Positions 21,430-32,555 are shown, counted from the whole stretch's first letter. The stretch is DNA of 63,747 nt, filler included, from 10 parts of 10 records of this genome joined end to end with filler, not necessarily neighbours in it, one strand, 5' to 3'. Translations and numbers: made by a program. The notes: generated from the letters alone by a model not told the origin.

Positions 21430-22053
21430 ATGAAATCATCGAAAGAGCACTGGGAAGATGTATATAATTCCATTTCTACTGAAAAATTGGGTTGGTATGA
21501 GGAGTCTCCAAAACCCTCGATTGACATGTTGGGCGAGTGTTGTTTGGAGAAAGATTCGAGAATATTGAATGTTGGGGCTGGAACCAGTACATTTATTGAT
21601 TTTTTATCAGACAATGGATTTAATCAGCTATTGGTCACTGATATTAGCGAGTCGGCAATCAATCAAATAAAAGGCAGATTAGGTGATAAAGCAGATCAAA
21701 TTAAATGGATCGTGGATGATTTGACAAATGCAAAAACCCTTGATAAGATTCAACAAGTTGATCTTTGGCATGATCGTGCAGTATTGCATTTTTTTACGCA
21801 GGAGAAGGATCAAAAAGCTTATTTTGATCTCTTGAAGAAATTGGTTAAACCTAATGGCTTTGTTGTAATTGCTGTTTTTTCATTGGAGGGTGTGAAAATG
21901 TGTAGTGGACTACCAACAAATAATTATAGCGCTGAAATGCTGCATGAAAGGCTTGGAGAAGAGTTCAATCTTGTGAAGCAGTTTAATTTTCTTTATACAA
22001 CCCCCGGAGGAAACCCGCGTGATTACATTTACACCCTATTTCAGAGACAATAG
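21430..22053 (+). CDS. Class I SAM-dependent methyltransferase
   Basis: HWEDVY, ILNVGAGTS, DISESA, WHDRAVLHF, CSGLP. Confidence 0.85.
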   Translation: MKSSKEHWEDVYNSISTEKLGWYEESPKPSIDMLGECCLEKDSRILNVGAGTSTFIDFLSDNGFNQLLVTDISESAINQIKGRLGDKADQIKWIVDDLTNAKTLDKIQQVDLWHDRAVLHFFTQEKDQKAYFDLLKKLVKPNGFVVIAVFSLEGVKMCSGLPTNNYSAEMLHERLGEEFNLVKQFNFLYTTPGGNPRDYIYTLFQRQ

Positions 22054-22073
22054 AATATTTGAATCTTTACAGT

Positions 22074-22712
22074 ATGAATGAGTTTGATATTTCGGTAAAG
22101 ATATTTGATGATTTTGCTAGTCAATACGCAAAGAGATTTAAAGACATTAATTCGTACCTCAAGCCAATTGGTAAATTTTGTGATTTAGTTTCAACTAAAG
22201 AAGCTCATATATTAGAGCTTGCTTGTGGTCCCGGTAATGTTACTCAATACATACGAAAACGTTTTCCAGAAAGTAAATACATTGGAATTGATCTTGCCCC
22301 AAAAATGATCGACCTTGCAAAAAAGGAAGTGAAAGGGGTAGATTTTCGGGTGATGGATGTGCGAAATATTTCTGAATTTCAACAAAAATTTGATGCAATA
22401 ATGTGTTCGTTTTGCTTGCCTTTTTTATCAAAAGAAGATGCGTCCAAATTGATCTCTGACTGTGCTGATCGATTGAAGCCAAATGGAGTAATCTATCTTA
22501 GTTCGATGGAAGGAGAAGAGTCACGTTCCGGATTTGAATCAACAAGTTTTTCAGGCAATTCTGAAGTTTTCTTCAATTTTTACAAACAAAAGGATATTGA
22601 GAATTACTTAGTGGATAGTGGATTTGAAATAAGAAAGATAACTTGCCAAAATTATAATGAAACAAACGGAGGTACAACAGTAGATATGATATTCATAGGG
22701 ATTAAAAAATAG
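22074..22712 (+). CDS. Class I SAM-dependent methyltransferase
   Basis: ILELACGPGN, GIDLAPKMI, FDAIMCSFCLPFL. ATG at 22074 (track start 22059). Confidence 0.85.
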   Translation: MNEFDISVKIFDDFASQYAKRFKDINSYLKPIGKFCDLVSTKEAHILELACGPGNVTQYIRKRFPESKYIGIDLAPKMIDLAKKEVKGVDFRVMDVRNISEFQQKFDAIMCSFCLPFLSKEDASKLISDCADRLKPNGVIYLSSMEGEESRSGFESTSFSGNSEVFFNFYKQKDIENYLVDSGFEIRKITCQNYNETNGGTTVDMIFIGIKK

Positions 22713-22751
22713 GAGTTAAAAATCAATATTAGTTCTACTTTTCAACAAGAA

Positions 22752-23695
22752 ATGAATCAACCCAATCAAAAGAAATGGACTGTAATACTGAATCCTCATG
22801 CAGGTGCGGGGAAGGGGAAAAGAGATATTGGAAAAATTATGAATCTCTTAAGTCAGAAAGGCTTTCAATATAATTTATTAGTTTCCAATTTTGCTAAACA
22901 TTCCATTTCAATAGCTGTGAATGCAATTGAGATAGGTTGTAGAAATTTCATTGTTGTAGGTGGTGATGGAACGTTAAATGAAGTGGCAAATGGGATTTTT
23001 CGTCAGCAAGAATGTTCCCCTGAAGAAATTACAGTTGGAATGATTCCGATAGGAACAGGGAATGACTGGATTAAGACTTTTGGTATTCCAAATAATTATG
23101 AAAAAGCTATTGAGAAGATTGTTAAGGGAGAAACATTGCTTCAGGATATTGGGAAGATTTCCTACTTCAATGAAGGAATAGAAGTTAGCCGGTATTTTTC
23201 AAATATGGCTGGGTTTGGTTTTGATGCTTTAGTGGCAGACAAAGCAAATCGGATGAAAGAAAAAGATCGATCTGGTTTATGGGTATATCTCTTTAGTTTT
23301 GCAATAGCTTATATTCAGTATCAAACTCGAAGGGTTAAGGTTTTAGTTGACGATAATGAATTGAACGAATTAATTTTTTCGGCTAGCATAGGTATTGGAA
23401 AATACAACGGTGGAGGAATGATGCAGGCTCCGGATGCAGTACCTAATGATGGTAAGTTTGAGATTACAATTATTAAAAAGATAGGCTTTTGGGGGATTTT
23501 AAAAAACCTTATTGGCTTGTATAATGGAAGTTTTGTAAAAGACTCACATGTTGATTGTTACCAGGCAAAAAGGTTGCCATTTCATGTTCCAGTCCTTTAG
23601 CTGGAGAGGTAGATGGAGAGTCATTGGGAAAGAGTCAGTTTAAAATTGAAATTATTCCTAAAAAGCTGAAAGTGATTGTTGGCAAGAAAATTTAG
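22752..23695 (+). CDS. Diacylglycerol/lipid kinase family (YegS/DgkB-like), frameshift near 23568
   Basis: NPHAG, GGDGTLNE, IPIGTGNDW, GKYNGGG. One extra A in GGCAAAAAGG restores the C-terminal EVDGE motif, ending at TAG 23693-23695. Confidence 0.85.
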
Positions 23696-23870
23696 AAGTG
23701 CTTTTATTCCTGATCAAGCAGTTTATAAACCTCTATTATTTTGCTTGTAAGGGTTTTGTTGCTAGCAAAANNNNNNNNNNNNNNNNNNNNNNNNNNNNNN
23801 NNNNNNNNNNNNNNTTAATTAATTAANNNNNNNNNNNNNNNNNNNNNNNNNNNNNNNNNNNNNNNNNNNN

Positions 23871-24880
23871 TTTTCTAAATCCTCTTTTGAATCCTCATAA
23901 AAATCAACCGCTGGATAATGTCCAAAAGGGATCAAAGTTTTTCCATATTTTTTAGCTCTATCAACAACGCTTTTTATCCAGTCTAGTAGGAATTGTTTAT
24001 GTGTAATTACCTTATTATATCCAGCATTTGATGAATTATTATAATTATTAAAATCTTCATTATTTTCGGAAATTTCTTTTTTTGGTACAAATATATTTGC
24101 ATCAATTGAAAGAAGCCATATATCTTTTTCACACTCTACTAAATAACTACAGTCTGGAACCATTAAAGAATTTGTGTAGAAATCCTTTTTATACTGCCCA
24201 CCACTTCCTTCGAGGCAAATTTCGTATAGCCGATTAGTAAATTTAGCTTCTTTTTTTGCAAGCTGAAAATCATAATTATCGAAATTATAAGTGGAAAACG
24301 GAGTTTCCCAGTAGATATCTTTTTCTTTTGGATAAAATCCAAGATCAGAAAGAGAATCCATAATTTCCTCATATCCCATTGATCTCATCTCTTCGCTTGT
24401 GATAAGTTGATTCTCGTGATTAGATATGGGTTTGTAGTTTGCCGCACTACTGTATATTGGCTGTCTTTTGCCATTGGCTCCTAAAAAATCATGTTTGCCA
24501 CTGGGATTACCATAGGGTTTAACTGGATCATGATTTCCTAGTGTGGCATAATATTCTAAACCGTATTTATCCTTGTATTCATTTAATATTTTGACTATTC
24601 CACGGAGATTAAATGGCTGCCCATCGTCGGTCAAATCCCCTGGAAGGATAACGGTTTTTATTCCTCTACTAACTATATCATCCATCGCTTGTAAAAATGC
24701 AAAATAATTTTCATTAAAGAACCTTGTGGAGGTTAATTGTGCCTCCATAGTCCTTATTACTACATTTTTTCCCGTAATGGAGTTTGGAATACCCTCAAAT
24801 TTATTATCTTGAAACTTTCCATATATATCATGAAAATGTATGTCTGATAAAAAGGCGAATTGTTTATTTAGAGTTCTCAA
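23871..24880 (-). CDS. Calcineurin-like metallophosphoesterase, 3' truncated
   Basis: LSDIH, GDLTDDG, GNHD and GHYP metal-binding motifs; TTG start after AAGGAG. Confidence 0.85.
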
Positions 24881-24934
24881 TATGTTCTCCTTTCAATACT
24901 GCTAAGTGTTTGCGACTAGAATATTCTAATATAT

Positions 24935-24967
24935 AAAAAAGGACTTGTAAACAGTTATCACAAGTCC
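24935..24967 (-). terminator. Intrinsic terminator after the ABC operon
   Basis: GGACTTGT/ACAAGTCC stem followed by T6 on the minus strand. Confidence 0.65.
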
Positions 24968-24982
24968 ATATTTTATGATTTG

Positions 24983-25999
24983 TTATTTTCTCTCTTTGAT
25001 TCCCTGAAGATTCAGTTTGTCCACAAAATGACAAGCTACAAATCTTCCTGATTCTGTTTCAACTAATGCGGGTTCTTCAACTTTGCATTTATCTTTAGCA
25101 AATCTACATCTAGTATGAAATGCACACCCACTGGGAACATTTGTTGCACTTGGGATTTCTCCTTCTAGAATAATTCCCTTCATTTTATACTCTTCCTCTA
25201 TTACTGGAACAGCAGATAATAGAGCTTCTGTATAAGGATGTTGTGGTCTAAAGAAAATATCGTTAGTTTTCGCTAACTCTACGATTTTTCCAAGATACAT
25301 AATAATTACTCTATCTGAGATATTCTCAACAACTGAAAGATCATGTGATATAAACAGATAAGTTATTTTAAACTCTTCCTTTAGATCTTTTAATAAGTTA
25401 ATTATTTGTGCTTGAATAGATACATCCAGTGCTGATACAGCTTCATCACATGCAATTATCCTTGGATTAGTTACAAGTGATCTGGCAATTCCGATCCTTT
25501 GTCTCTGTCCACCTGAGAAAGCATGAGGATATCTTTTTAAGTAGTTTTTATTAATTCCAACAGCATCAGCGATATCTTGTAGTTTCTGCTCAATCTCATC
25601 TTTGGTAAAATTGAAATTTGCCTTTAAAGGCTCTGATATAATATCGTAAACAGTCATTCTAGGGTCTAGGGAAGAGAATGGGTCTTGGAATATCATTTGG
25701 ATATCTTTTCTAATCTCTTTGTATTGTTCTTTGCTGGTAGTAAGAAAATCAATTTTATCTCCATTTTCTTTTGTGTATAGAACTTCACCACTAGTACTGT
25801 TAATTCCTCTGACGATACACCTGCAAAGAGTTGATTTTCCACATCCCGACTCTCCAACTATACTAAGAGTTTCTCCCTCATATATATCAAACGATACATT
25901 TGAGACAGCTTTAGTATAAGCTATCGGTTTTCCCCAAAAATCCTTTTTAGTTACGAATTTTTTATTTAAGTTCTTTATTTCTAATATTTTATTCTCCAT
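24983..25999 (-). CDS. Oligopeptide-type ABC ATP-binding protein (OppF-like)
   Basis: GESGCGKST, IFQDP, FSGGQRQRIG, DEAVSALD, HPYT; C-terminal oligo_HPY Cys cluster. Confidence 0.92.
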   Translation of the reverse strand: MENKILEIKNLNKKFVTKKDFWGKPIAYTKAVSNVSFDIYEGETLSIVGESGCGKSTLCRCIVRGINSTSGEVLYTKENGDKIDFLTTSKEQYKEIRKDIQMIFQDPFSSLDPRMTVYDIISEPLKANFNFTKDEIEQKLQDIADAVGINKNYLKRYPHAFSGGQRQRIGIARSLVTNPRIIACDEAVSALDVSIQAQIINLLKDLKEEFKITYLFISHDLSVVENISDRVIIMYLGKIVELAKTNDIFFRPQHPYTEALLSAVPVIEEEYKMKGIILEGEIPSATNVPSGCAFHTRCRFAKDKCKVEEPALVETESGRFVACHFVDKLNLQGIKERK

Positions 26000-26002
26000 A
26001 CT

Positions 26003-27058
26003 TTATTCTTCTCCTTTAGACTCACTTACTGAGGCTTCGGATTTTTTTTCTTTTGAATAATGAAAACACTTAACATGATGATTTTCACCAACTGTTTCCA
26101 TATTAACAGGTGTATTTTCACAGAGTCCGTCAATTGCAACTGTACATCTGTCGTAAAAACCACATCTATTTGGAAGATTAATAGGTTGAGGAACAACACC
26201 TTCGATTGATTCAAGTCTCTGTTTATTAATTTCACCCATTCGGGGTACAGATTTTAATAGACCTTTGGTATATGGGTGTTTAGGTTTTTTGAATATTTCC
26301 TGAACAGAACCGTGCTCAACTATTTGACCAAGATACATTACAGCTACGTCATCACAAATATCTGAGATGACCCCTAAATCATGTGTGATAAATAGAATAG
26401 ACATATCCATATCAATTTGTAACTCTCTCATTAGTTTAATAACTTGAGCCTGTATTGTTACATCTAGAGCTGTAGTAGGTTCATCTGCAATTAGGATATC
26501 CGGCTGACATGATAGTGCCATGGCAATCAGAGCTCTCTGTCTCATACCACCAGAAAACTCAAATGGATATTGCTTAAATCTAACTACCGAGTTACTAATT
26601 CCGACTTTTTCCATCATCTCAAGAGCTATTTTTTTCGCTTCTTTTTTATCCTTGGTTCTATGAAGCAGAATGCTCTCAATAATCTGATTACCAATTGTAT
26701 AAAGTGGCGAGAATGCAGTCATTGGTTCTTGGAAAATCATTGAGATTTTTCCTCCACGAATCTTCCTAATTTCAGCACTATCTCTTTCTAAATTAAGTAA
26801 ATCAGTTGTTTTATCCTCTGCTGAATCGAAATAATGGATATTTCCAGATCTTTTAGCATTTTTCGGCTCAATACCTAAAACTGCTTTACTAGTTAGACTT
26901 TTTCCAGATCCTGATTCTCCAACTATTCCTAGAGTTTTTCCTTTTTTTAATACGAAGTTAACTCCATTAACAGCCTTTGAGACTCCATCATCAGTATTAA
27001 AATGTATTTTTAGGTCTTTTACTTCTAATATATTTTGATTTTTATCACTTAAATTCAT
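26003..27058 (-). CDS. Oligopeptide-type ABC ATP-binding protein (OppD-like)
   Basis: GESGSGKS, IFQEP, FSGGMRQR, DEPTTALD, HPYT. Confidence 0.92.
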   Translation of the reverse strand: MNLSDKNQNILEVKDLKIHFNTDDGVSKAVNGVNFVLKKGKTLGIVGESGSGKSLTSKAVLGIEPKNAKRSGNIHYFDSAEDKTTDLLNLERDSAEIRKIRGGKISMIFQEPMTAFSPLYTIGNQIIESILLHRTKDKKEAKKIALEMMEKVGISNSVVRFKQYPFEFSGGMRQRALIAMALSCQPDILIADEPTTALDVTIQAQVIKLMRELQIDMDMSILFITHDLGVISDICDDVAVMYLGQIVEHGSVQEIFKKPKHPYTKGLLKSVPRMGEINKQRLESIEGVVPQPINLPNRCGFYDRCTVAIDGLCENTPVNMETVGENHHVKCFHYSKEKKSEASVSESKGEE

Positions 27059-27169
27059 TGTTAATCCTCGCTTAATCTTAGATTTCTTTTTTCACTTATA
27101 TTTATGTATTAATAAGTCTGAGTGCCATTTTTTAAACAATGGCAAAAATAATACCAAGACTTTTAAATA

Positions 27170-28312
27170 CTACTGTTTATACGGATCAGCAGCATCTCTT
27201 AGACCATCACCGAAGAAGTTAAATGCTAATACTGTAATAATTACATAAAATAGTGGTATCAATTTCCAAGGATAAAGAGCAACATTTTGTATTTTTTGTG
27301 CTTCTTGCAGTAAAACTCCCCAACTTGTAGCTGGAGATCTGATACCTAATCCTAGGAAACTCATCGATGTTTCCCCTATAATCATACTAGGGATAGCTAG
27401 TGTCATATTAACTACTAAGTAACTTAAAAATCCAGGAATCATATGTTTGATAATTATCATTTTATCACTAACTCCACCAATCTGTGCAGCCATGATATAC
27501 TCTTCATTTCTAAGTGAGATGAACTTTCCTCTAACAACTCTAGCGAGTCCAGTCCAAGAGATAAATGACAATATGATAACTATATAAATATACATCTTAA
27601 CAATAGGTATTCTCGGTGGAATTGCCGCAGATAGAGCCATCCATAGTGGCAGTGTTGGAAATGATCTGATTACTTCAATAATCCTTTGAATAATCATATC
27701 TAGAATTCCTCCGAAATATCCAGAGATACTTCCAAGAGTTACACCTAAAATGAAACTCAGTGTTATTCCAACTAATGGAATTGTAAGTGAGATTTGACTC
27801 CCCAAAACTATTCTTGAGAAAATATCCCTACCCATTCCATCAGAACCGAATATAAAGATTTTGTGAGGCTTTTTATCTCCCGCTTTTTTTTCTATTCCAT
27901 AGAGATGTTTATTTGTTTTAAATAAACCTAAGAACTTATACTCCCATCCTTCAACAAATAGTTTAATTTGATAAACGCTTTTAGGATCTTCAATAAATAG
28001 TTTTCTTAAAGTTTCAGGATCTCTAGTTGTTTTAATCCCGTAAACATGAGGCATGAACTTTTTTTCAGGAGTTATCCATCTTATTTTTGATGGTGGAGAG
28101 TTGATATATTTACTATCATACTCTGTTAGCCCATAAGGTGAGATAAATTGACCGAATAATGCTTGCAAATATAAGAAAGTTAATATGAATATACTTATAT
28201 TAGCTAATTTATGTTTCTTTAGTTTCTTGATTATTAATGTCCACTGTGAAGCGAAATATATTTCTTCATCGCTCACCTTTTTTTTATTAAATAAGTTATT
28301 TATATTAACCAT
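27170..28312 (-). CDS. Oligopeptide-type ABC permease (OppC-like)
   Basis: GSDGMGRDIFSR, WTGLARVVRG, SFLGLG, GDGLRDAADP. Confidence 0.92.
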   Translation of the reverse strand: MVNINNLFNKKKVSDEEIYFASQWTLIIKKLKKHKLANISIFILTFLYLQALFGQFISPYGLTEYDSKYINSPPSKIRWITPEKKFMPHVYGIKTTRDPETLRKLFIEDPKSVYQIKLFVEGWEYKFLGLFKTNKHLYGIEKKAGDKKPHKIFIFGSDGMGRDIFSRIVLGSQISLTIPLVGITLSFILGVTLGSISGYFGGILDMIIQRIIEVIRSFPTLPLWMALSAAIPPRIPIVKMYIYIVIILSFISWTGLARVVRGKFISLRNEEYIMAAQIGGVSDKMIIIKHMIPGFLSYLVVNMTLAIPSMIIGETSMSFLGLGIRSPATSWGVLLQEAQKIQNVALYPWKLIPLFYVIITVLAFNFFGDGLRDAADPYKQ

Positions 28313-28314
28313 AA

Positions 28315-29313
28315 TTACATTCCTTTTCCCATAAGTCTTATTCTTGGATCAAGCCACGCTAGTAGAATATCTGATATTAGGGTACCAATAACCGTTAAGA
28401 TTGACATAAATAGTAGCCATGTTCCTGCGAGATACATATCCTGACTCATTAGAGCTCCGTACATAACCGGCCCCTGAGTTGGAAGGTTAAGTACGATTGC
28501 AGTAATAGTTGATCCTGTGAAGATCGACGTAAGCGACCAACCAATTGTACTAACAATCGGGTTAAGGGCGGCTCTAATTACGTATTTTTTTAAAATAACT
28601 CTTTCTGCAACACCTTTTGCTCTAGCTGTTATAACATATTGCTGATCAAGTTCATCTAACATTTGACCTCTCATTACTCTGATTAATCCACTTGTACTTG
28701 CTGTACCTATCACGATAACAGGTATAATCATATGTTTAAGTATATTCACGAATTTAGCCATACTCATTGGTTCATTTACAAACTCAGGGGATACAAGACC
28801 TAACATAGGATCTCCAAATAGCTTAAATGACATGAACATAAGAATTATTGCTAATAAGAAGTTTGGAGTAGCCATTCCTAAGAATCCAAACACAGTAAAG
28901 ATATAGTCACCAAATGAGTATTGTTTGAGTGCACTATATACACCTATCGGTATTGAGACGAGGTAGGTAAATAGGAAGGTAACGCCTGAAATTAATAGGG
29001 TAACTCCCATTCTTTCATTAATTACACTCATAACAGGTCTATTAAAACTAAATGAATATCCGAAATCTCCCTTTGTTACTATCCCTTTCATCCACTTCCC
29101 ATACTGAACATACCAAGGTTGATCTAAACCATAGTCTTTTCTTAAATTTTCAATAATTTCCATACTAACTTCTTCGCCATCTTCAGCCATTTGAGATGCA
29201 TAAGTGCTCATGAAATCTCCAGGTGGAAGCTGAATTACAAAGAATACTGTTACTGATATAAAAAATACTAATGGAATCATTATCAGGATTCTTTTCAAAA
29301 TATAGTTAAACAC
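28315..29313 (-). CDS. Oligopeptide-type ABC permease (OppB-like)
   Basis: YILKR, PPGD, GDFGYS, YVITARAKG, DPRIR. GTG start at 29313 fits the GAGGTG RBS (track start 29322). Confidence 0.9.
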   Translation of the reverse strand: MFNYILKRILIMIPLVFFISVTVFFVIQLPPGDFMSTYASQMAEDGEEVSMEIIENLRKDYGLDQPWYVQYGKWMKGIVTKGDFGYSFSFNRPVMSVINERMGVTLLISGVTFLFTYLVSIPIGVYSALKQYSFGDYIFTVFGFLGMATPNFLLAIILMFMSFKLFGDPMLGLVSPEFVNEPMSMAKFVNILKHMIIPVIVIGTASTSGLIRVMRGQMLDELDQQYVITARAKGVAERVILKKYVIRAALNPIVSTIGWSLTSIFTGSTITAIVLNLPTQGPVMYGALMSQDMYLAGTWLLFMSILTVIGTLISDILLAWLDPRIRLMGKGM

Positions 29314-29343
29314 ACCATTCACCTCTTTTTAATCTTCTTAAAT

Positions 29344-29376
29344 AGCCGGCCTCAAATTGTAGAGACCGGCTTTTTT
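29344..29376 (-). terminator. Stem-loop between the substrate-binding and permease genes
   Basis: AGCCGG...CCGGCT hairpin just after the SBP stop. Weak U tract on the coding strand, so a stabiliser or partial terminator. Confidence 0.5.
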
Positions 29377-29388
29377 ATTTAAATCTTA

Positions 29389-31347
29389 TTATTTTTTAAA
29401 GAAAAATTGTTGTACTTTTCCGTGCCCAAGTCCTCTAAACTCATCTGTATAAACATAGCCACTTGGTACATTTCTTAATTTATTGTTTACGATTACAACT
29501 TCTGGATTAGATGCAGTAAATCCAAGGATCCATTGATTTTTCTTGTGAAGTTTTACAATCTCTTCAGCAGCAGCGTGGATCTCTTCTTGGTTTTTTGCAC
29601 TCACAACTTGATCCCAGTATTCTAGCATTTTAGCAATATCGCCTTCTGGTTTTAAACCTTTTTCACCTTTTGATGCAGTATAGATACCGTAATCACCATA
29701 CCATGGTTCAACATATCTTAACGGTAGGATTGCATCAGGTCTTAATGAAGGAGAGATTAAATCTACTTCTCTAACGATTGCATTTACTTTCCCTTGGTAT
29801 AATAGCTCTTCAAAATAAGCCTTATCAATTGGTTTAATAATTGTATTGATACCAACATTTTCAAAGTAAGATTTTAATAACTCTTCAACTTTTCCATCTG
29901 ATTTTGCAGATAGGTGATAGATGATGAATGTAAATTCAGATCCATCTTTAAAAGTTCTGTATTGTCCTTTTGCATCATATTTTAATCCCATTTCATCTAA
30001 CAGTTTATTAGCTTTATCGATGTCTTGCTCGACCCATTGATCAGCCCATCCCTCTTGGTAATGAACTAATCCTTCTGGGATAGATGCTTGTTGAGGAGCA
30101 GCTAATCCTGAAGTGACGATTTCAGAAATTTCTTCTCTGTTGGCAGCAATTGATAATGCTTCTCTAAATCTGATGTCTTGGAATACTTCTCTCAATTTTT
30201 CATCTTTAGCAGCTTGGTTTAATTGGAAAGTAGTACTTGACCATAATGCTCTTTTCCAAGTGATTACTCTATAATCTCCAGCACTTTCATTTTCTTTTAA
30301 TACAGTAAAGTTTTTGAATTCATGGTTTCTGATATCAGCTTCCCCAGCGATACTTTTTAATAAGATTTGATCATTGTTTTCTACTTTATCACAAACGATT
30401 TTATCAATATAAGGTAATTGTCTTCCTTTTTTGTCAGTTTTGAAATAGTAAGGGTTTCTTTTTAATACGTATCTGCTATCATCAATTCTGTTAGTTGGAA
30501 TGAATGATCTTAAAGTTGGAACTTCTTTCCAGATCCAGTAGTAGTATTGTATCCATTTGTTGAATGATTTAAGATCTTTATGTCCGTACTCTTTAGCTTT
30601 TTCTAAAGCAGCTTCTTTACCGATGAATTGAGACATAATAGTTTTGTAGAAATGAGCTGGTGCCCATAAGAATTTTTGGTCAATCATTAATCTTTCTAAG
30701 AACATAACGTGTGGATATTTATGACTTACCTTAAATGTATAGTCATCAACTTTAGTAATCTCAGCTAATGCTTTTTCACCAGTTACCGGATCAACTGAAT
30801 AGAAACAGTTTTTGATATTTTTACCAAATGACTTTTTCTTAAGCATCTCTTCCCAGTAGAAGATAACGTCATTAGCTGTAAACGGCATACCATCTGACCA
30901 CTTCATACCTTCTCTTAGGTAAATAGTGTATTCAGTGTTATCATCATTTACATCATAACCTTTTGCAACGTTTGGTTCTACGCCACTTCCATCTACTTTA
31001 AATCTAAATAGAGCTTCCTCTGTCCACTTTTCCATAGTCCATTTATCTTTTGCACCTCTGATAGGAAATCTCATCTCTCCACCATATTGTCCGAGTTCCT
31101 CATAGACAGGTTCAATCATTATATCACTTTTAACAGGTAGTCTTTCTTCTAGAGCAGGTAATTTTCCTGCTTTTACTAATTCAGCTAACATCGGAGATTC
31201 TTTTTGGTCATAATTCATAGTTTCTTTTTGTTTCATTACTTCTTTTTTAGGTTCAGCTTTTTTCTTCTTAAAAATATCAAAGAGACCAGCATAAGCTTGA
31301 ATAGAAAATAATACCAGAGTTAATAACAGCAATCCTCTTTTTTTCAT
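29389..31347 (-). CDS. ABC substrate-binding protein, family 5 (OppA-like, probably sugar-binding)
   Basis: Signal peptide MKKRGLLLL...AYA; ESPMLAELVKAGKLPALEERLP, LREGMKWSDG, RNPYYFK.D..G.QLPYID, FREALSIA. ATG at 31347 after AGGAGG. Confidence 0.88.
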   Translation of the reverse strand: MKKRGLLLLTLVLFSIQAYAGLFDIFKKKKAEPKKEVMKQKETMNYDQKESPMLAELVKAGKLPALEERLPVKSDIMIEPVYEELGQYGGEMRFPIRGAKDKWTMEKWTEEALFRFKVDGSGVEPNVAKGYDVNDDNTEYTIYLREGMKWSDGMPFTANDVIFYWEEMLKKKSFGKNIKNCFYSVDPVTGEKALAEITKVDDYTFKVSHKYPHVMFLERLMIDQKFLWAPAHFYKTIMSQFIGKEAALEKAKEYGHKDLKSFNKWIQYYYWIWKEVPTLRSFIPTNRIDDSRYVLKRNPYYFKTDKKGRQLPYIDKIVCDKVENNDQILLKSIAGEADIRNHEFKNFTVLKENESAGDYRVITWKRALWSSTTFQLNQAAKDEKLREVFQDIRFREALSIAANREEISEIVTSGLAAPQQASIPEGLVHYQEGWADQWVEQDIDKANKLLDEMGLKYDAKGQYRTFKDGSEFTFIIYHLSAKSDGKVEELLKSYFENVGINTIIKPIDKAYFEELLYQGKVNAIVREVDLISPSLRPDAILPLRYVEPWYGDYGIYTASKGEKGLKPEGDIAKMLEYWDQVVSAKNQEEIHAAAEEIVKLHKKNQWILGFTASNPEVVIVNNKLRNVPSGYVYTDEFRGLGHGKVQQFFFKK

Positions 31348-31373
31348 AATAATTAGTTCCTCCTTCAAAGAAG

Positions 31374-31415
31374 GTTTTGCCTACATAATGTTCTGTAAAC
31401 AATAGTAGGCAAAAC
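31374..31415. promoter_or_regulatory. 11-bp perfect inverted repeat between kduD and the SBP gene
   Basis: GTTTTGCCTAC-N20-GTAGGCAAAAC; terminator, processing hairpin or operator. Confidence 0.45.
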
Positions 31416-31464
31416 TTAAGTATTAGTAATACTATAGTGAAATAAAGATAACCGAATGCAAGAC

Positions 31465-31908
31465 TTATCTTGCTAACCAACCACCATCAACAGCTAAAGT
31501 ATATCCGTTTACGTAGTCCGATGCGCTTGATGCCAAAAATACTACCGGTCCTGCTAAATCTGATGGCAGCCCCCATCTATCTGCAGGAATTCTTTCTAAT
31601 ATTGCTTTTGATCTTTCAGGATCATTTCTTAGAGCTTCTGTATTATTTGTTGCCATATAACCAGGTGCTATTGCATTTACATTGATATTATGTTTAGCCC
31701 ATTCACAAGCAAGTAGTTTAGTTAATCCCATAACACCACTTTTACTAGTTGTATAAGATGGAACTCTTATTCCACCTTGGAAAGATAACATAGATGCAAT
31801 GTTTATTATTTTTCCACCTGAATTTTGTTTAATAAACTGTTTAGCAGCAGCTTGAGCAAAGAAGAAAACTGTTTTTGAGTTAATGTTCATTACATCATCC
31901 CAATCTTT
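31465..31908 (-). CDS. kduD: 2-dehydro-3-deoxy-D-gluconate 5-dehydrogenase (KduD), 5' truncated
   Basis: GGKIINIASMLSFQGGIRVPSYTTSKSGV, EWAKHNINVNAIAPGYMATNNT, AVDGGWLAR. Confidence 0.93.
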   Translation of the reverse strand, partial: KDWDDVMNINSKTVFFFAQAAAKQFIKQNSGGKIINIASMLSFQGGIRVPSYTTSKSGVMGLTKLLACEWAKHNINVNAIAPGYMATNNTEALRNDPERSKAILERIPADRWGLPSDLAGPVVFLASSASDYVNGYTLAVDGGWLAR

Positions 31909-32021
31909 NNNNNNNNNNNNNNNNNNNNNNNNNNNNNNNNNNNNNNNNNNNNTTAATTAATTAANNNNNNNNNNNNNNNNNNNNNNNNNNNNNNNNNNNN
32001 NNNNNNNNGGGGAGTGAAAAC

Positions 32022-32555
32022 GTGATCCAGATAAAGGATACATCCATTTTTTATATCTGTACGCTCACAGGCGATGCGGACGGCCTTGAGGATGTGGAAT
32101 TGCCCATCAGTTCCTTGAGGGCAACCCGGCGAAGCGGATCCTTATCTTATCTTTATGTGGTGGTCCCCTCGTTCAAATTTCTGTCAGCAATCAATGCCCG
32201 CCCCCATGGAGATATCAAAATCGATATCGGTTACATGGTTAATGGCGAGATGCTGCGCGAATTGTTTATGGCGGTCAATTTCAACAATCCCCCTCGTTTA
32301 GATCGGGGACCGAAAAGCCAATCAATCACGTTGTCCGGATCGAAAACAACCACCTATGCATCAAAATCTGCCGTATTGTCCGGAGCGACCTATTACAGTC
32401 AATCGTCCGGAAGAAACAGATTGCGGATTGCAGCCACCTATACCGGCTTGAATCCCGGAGATGTGGTCACGGCATCCGGCTACACCTTCCCGGCGGATAT
32501 CATCACATACATGATTACGCCCAAACGGCAATATATCGAGATTGCGGAAATATAA
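32022..32555 (+). CDS. Hypothetical phage tail protein (possible tail hub)
   Basis: 177 aa, GGGGAG RBS, stop overlaps next start (TAATG). Tail assignment rests on context and recalled similarity only. Confidence 0.5.
   Translation: MIQIKDTSIFYICTLTGDADGLEDVELPISSLRATRRSGSLSYLYVVVPSFKFLSAINARPHGDIKIDIGYMVNGEMLRELFMAVNFNNPPRLDRGPKSQSITLSGSKTTTYASKSAVLSGATYYSQSSGRNRLRIAATYTGLNPGDVVTASGYTFPADIITYMITPKRQYIEIAEI

Noticed and set aside
23704-23770. Possible 3' end of a minus-strand gene (...SKIIEVYKLLDQE)
   Set aside because: Only about 21 codons are visible, too few to assign.
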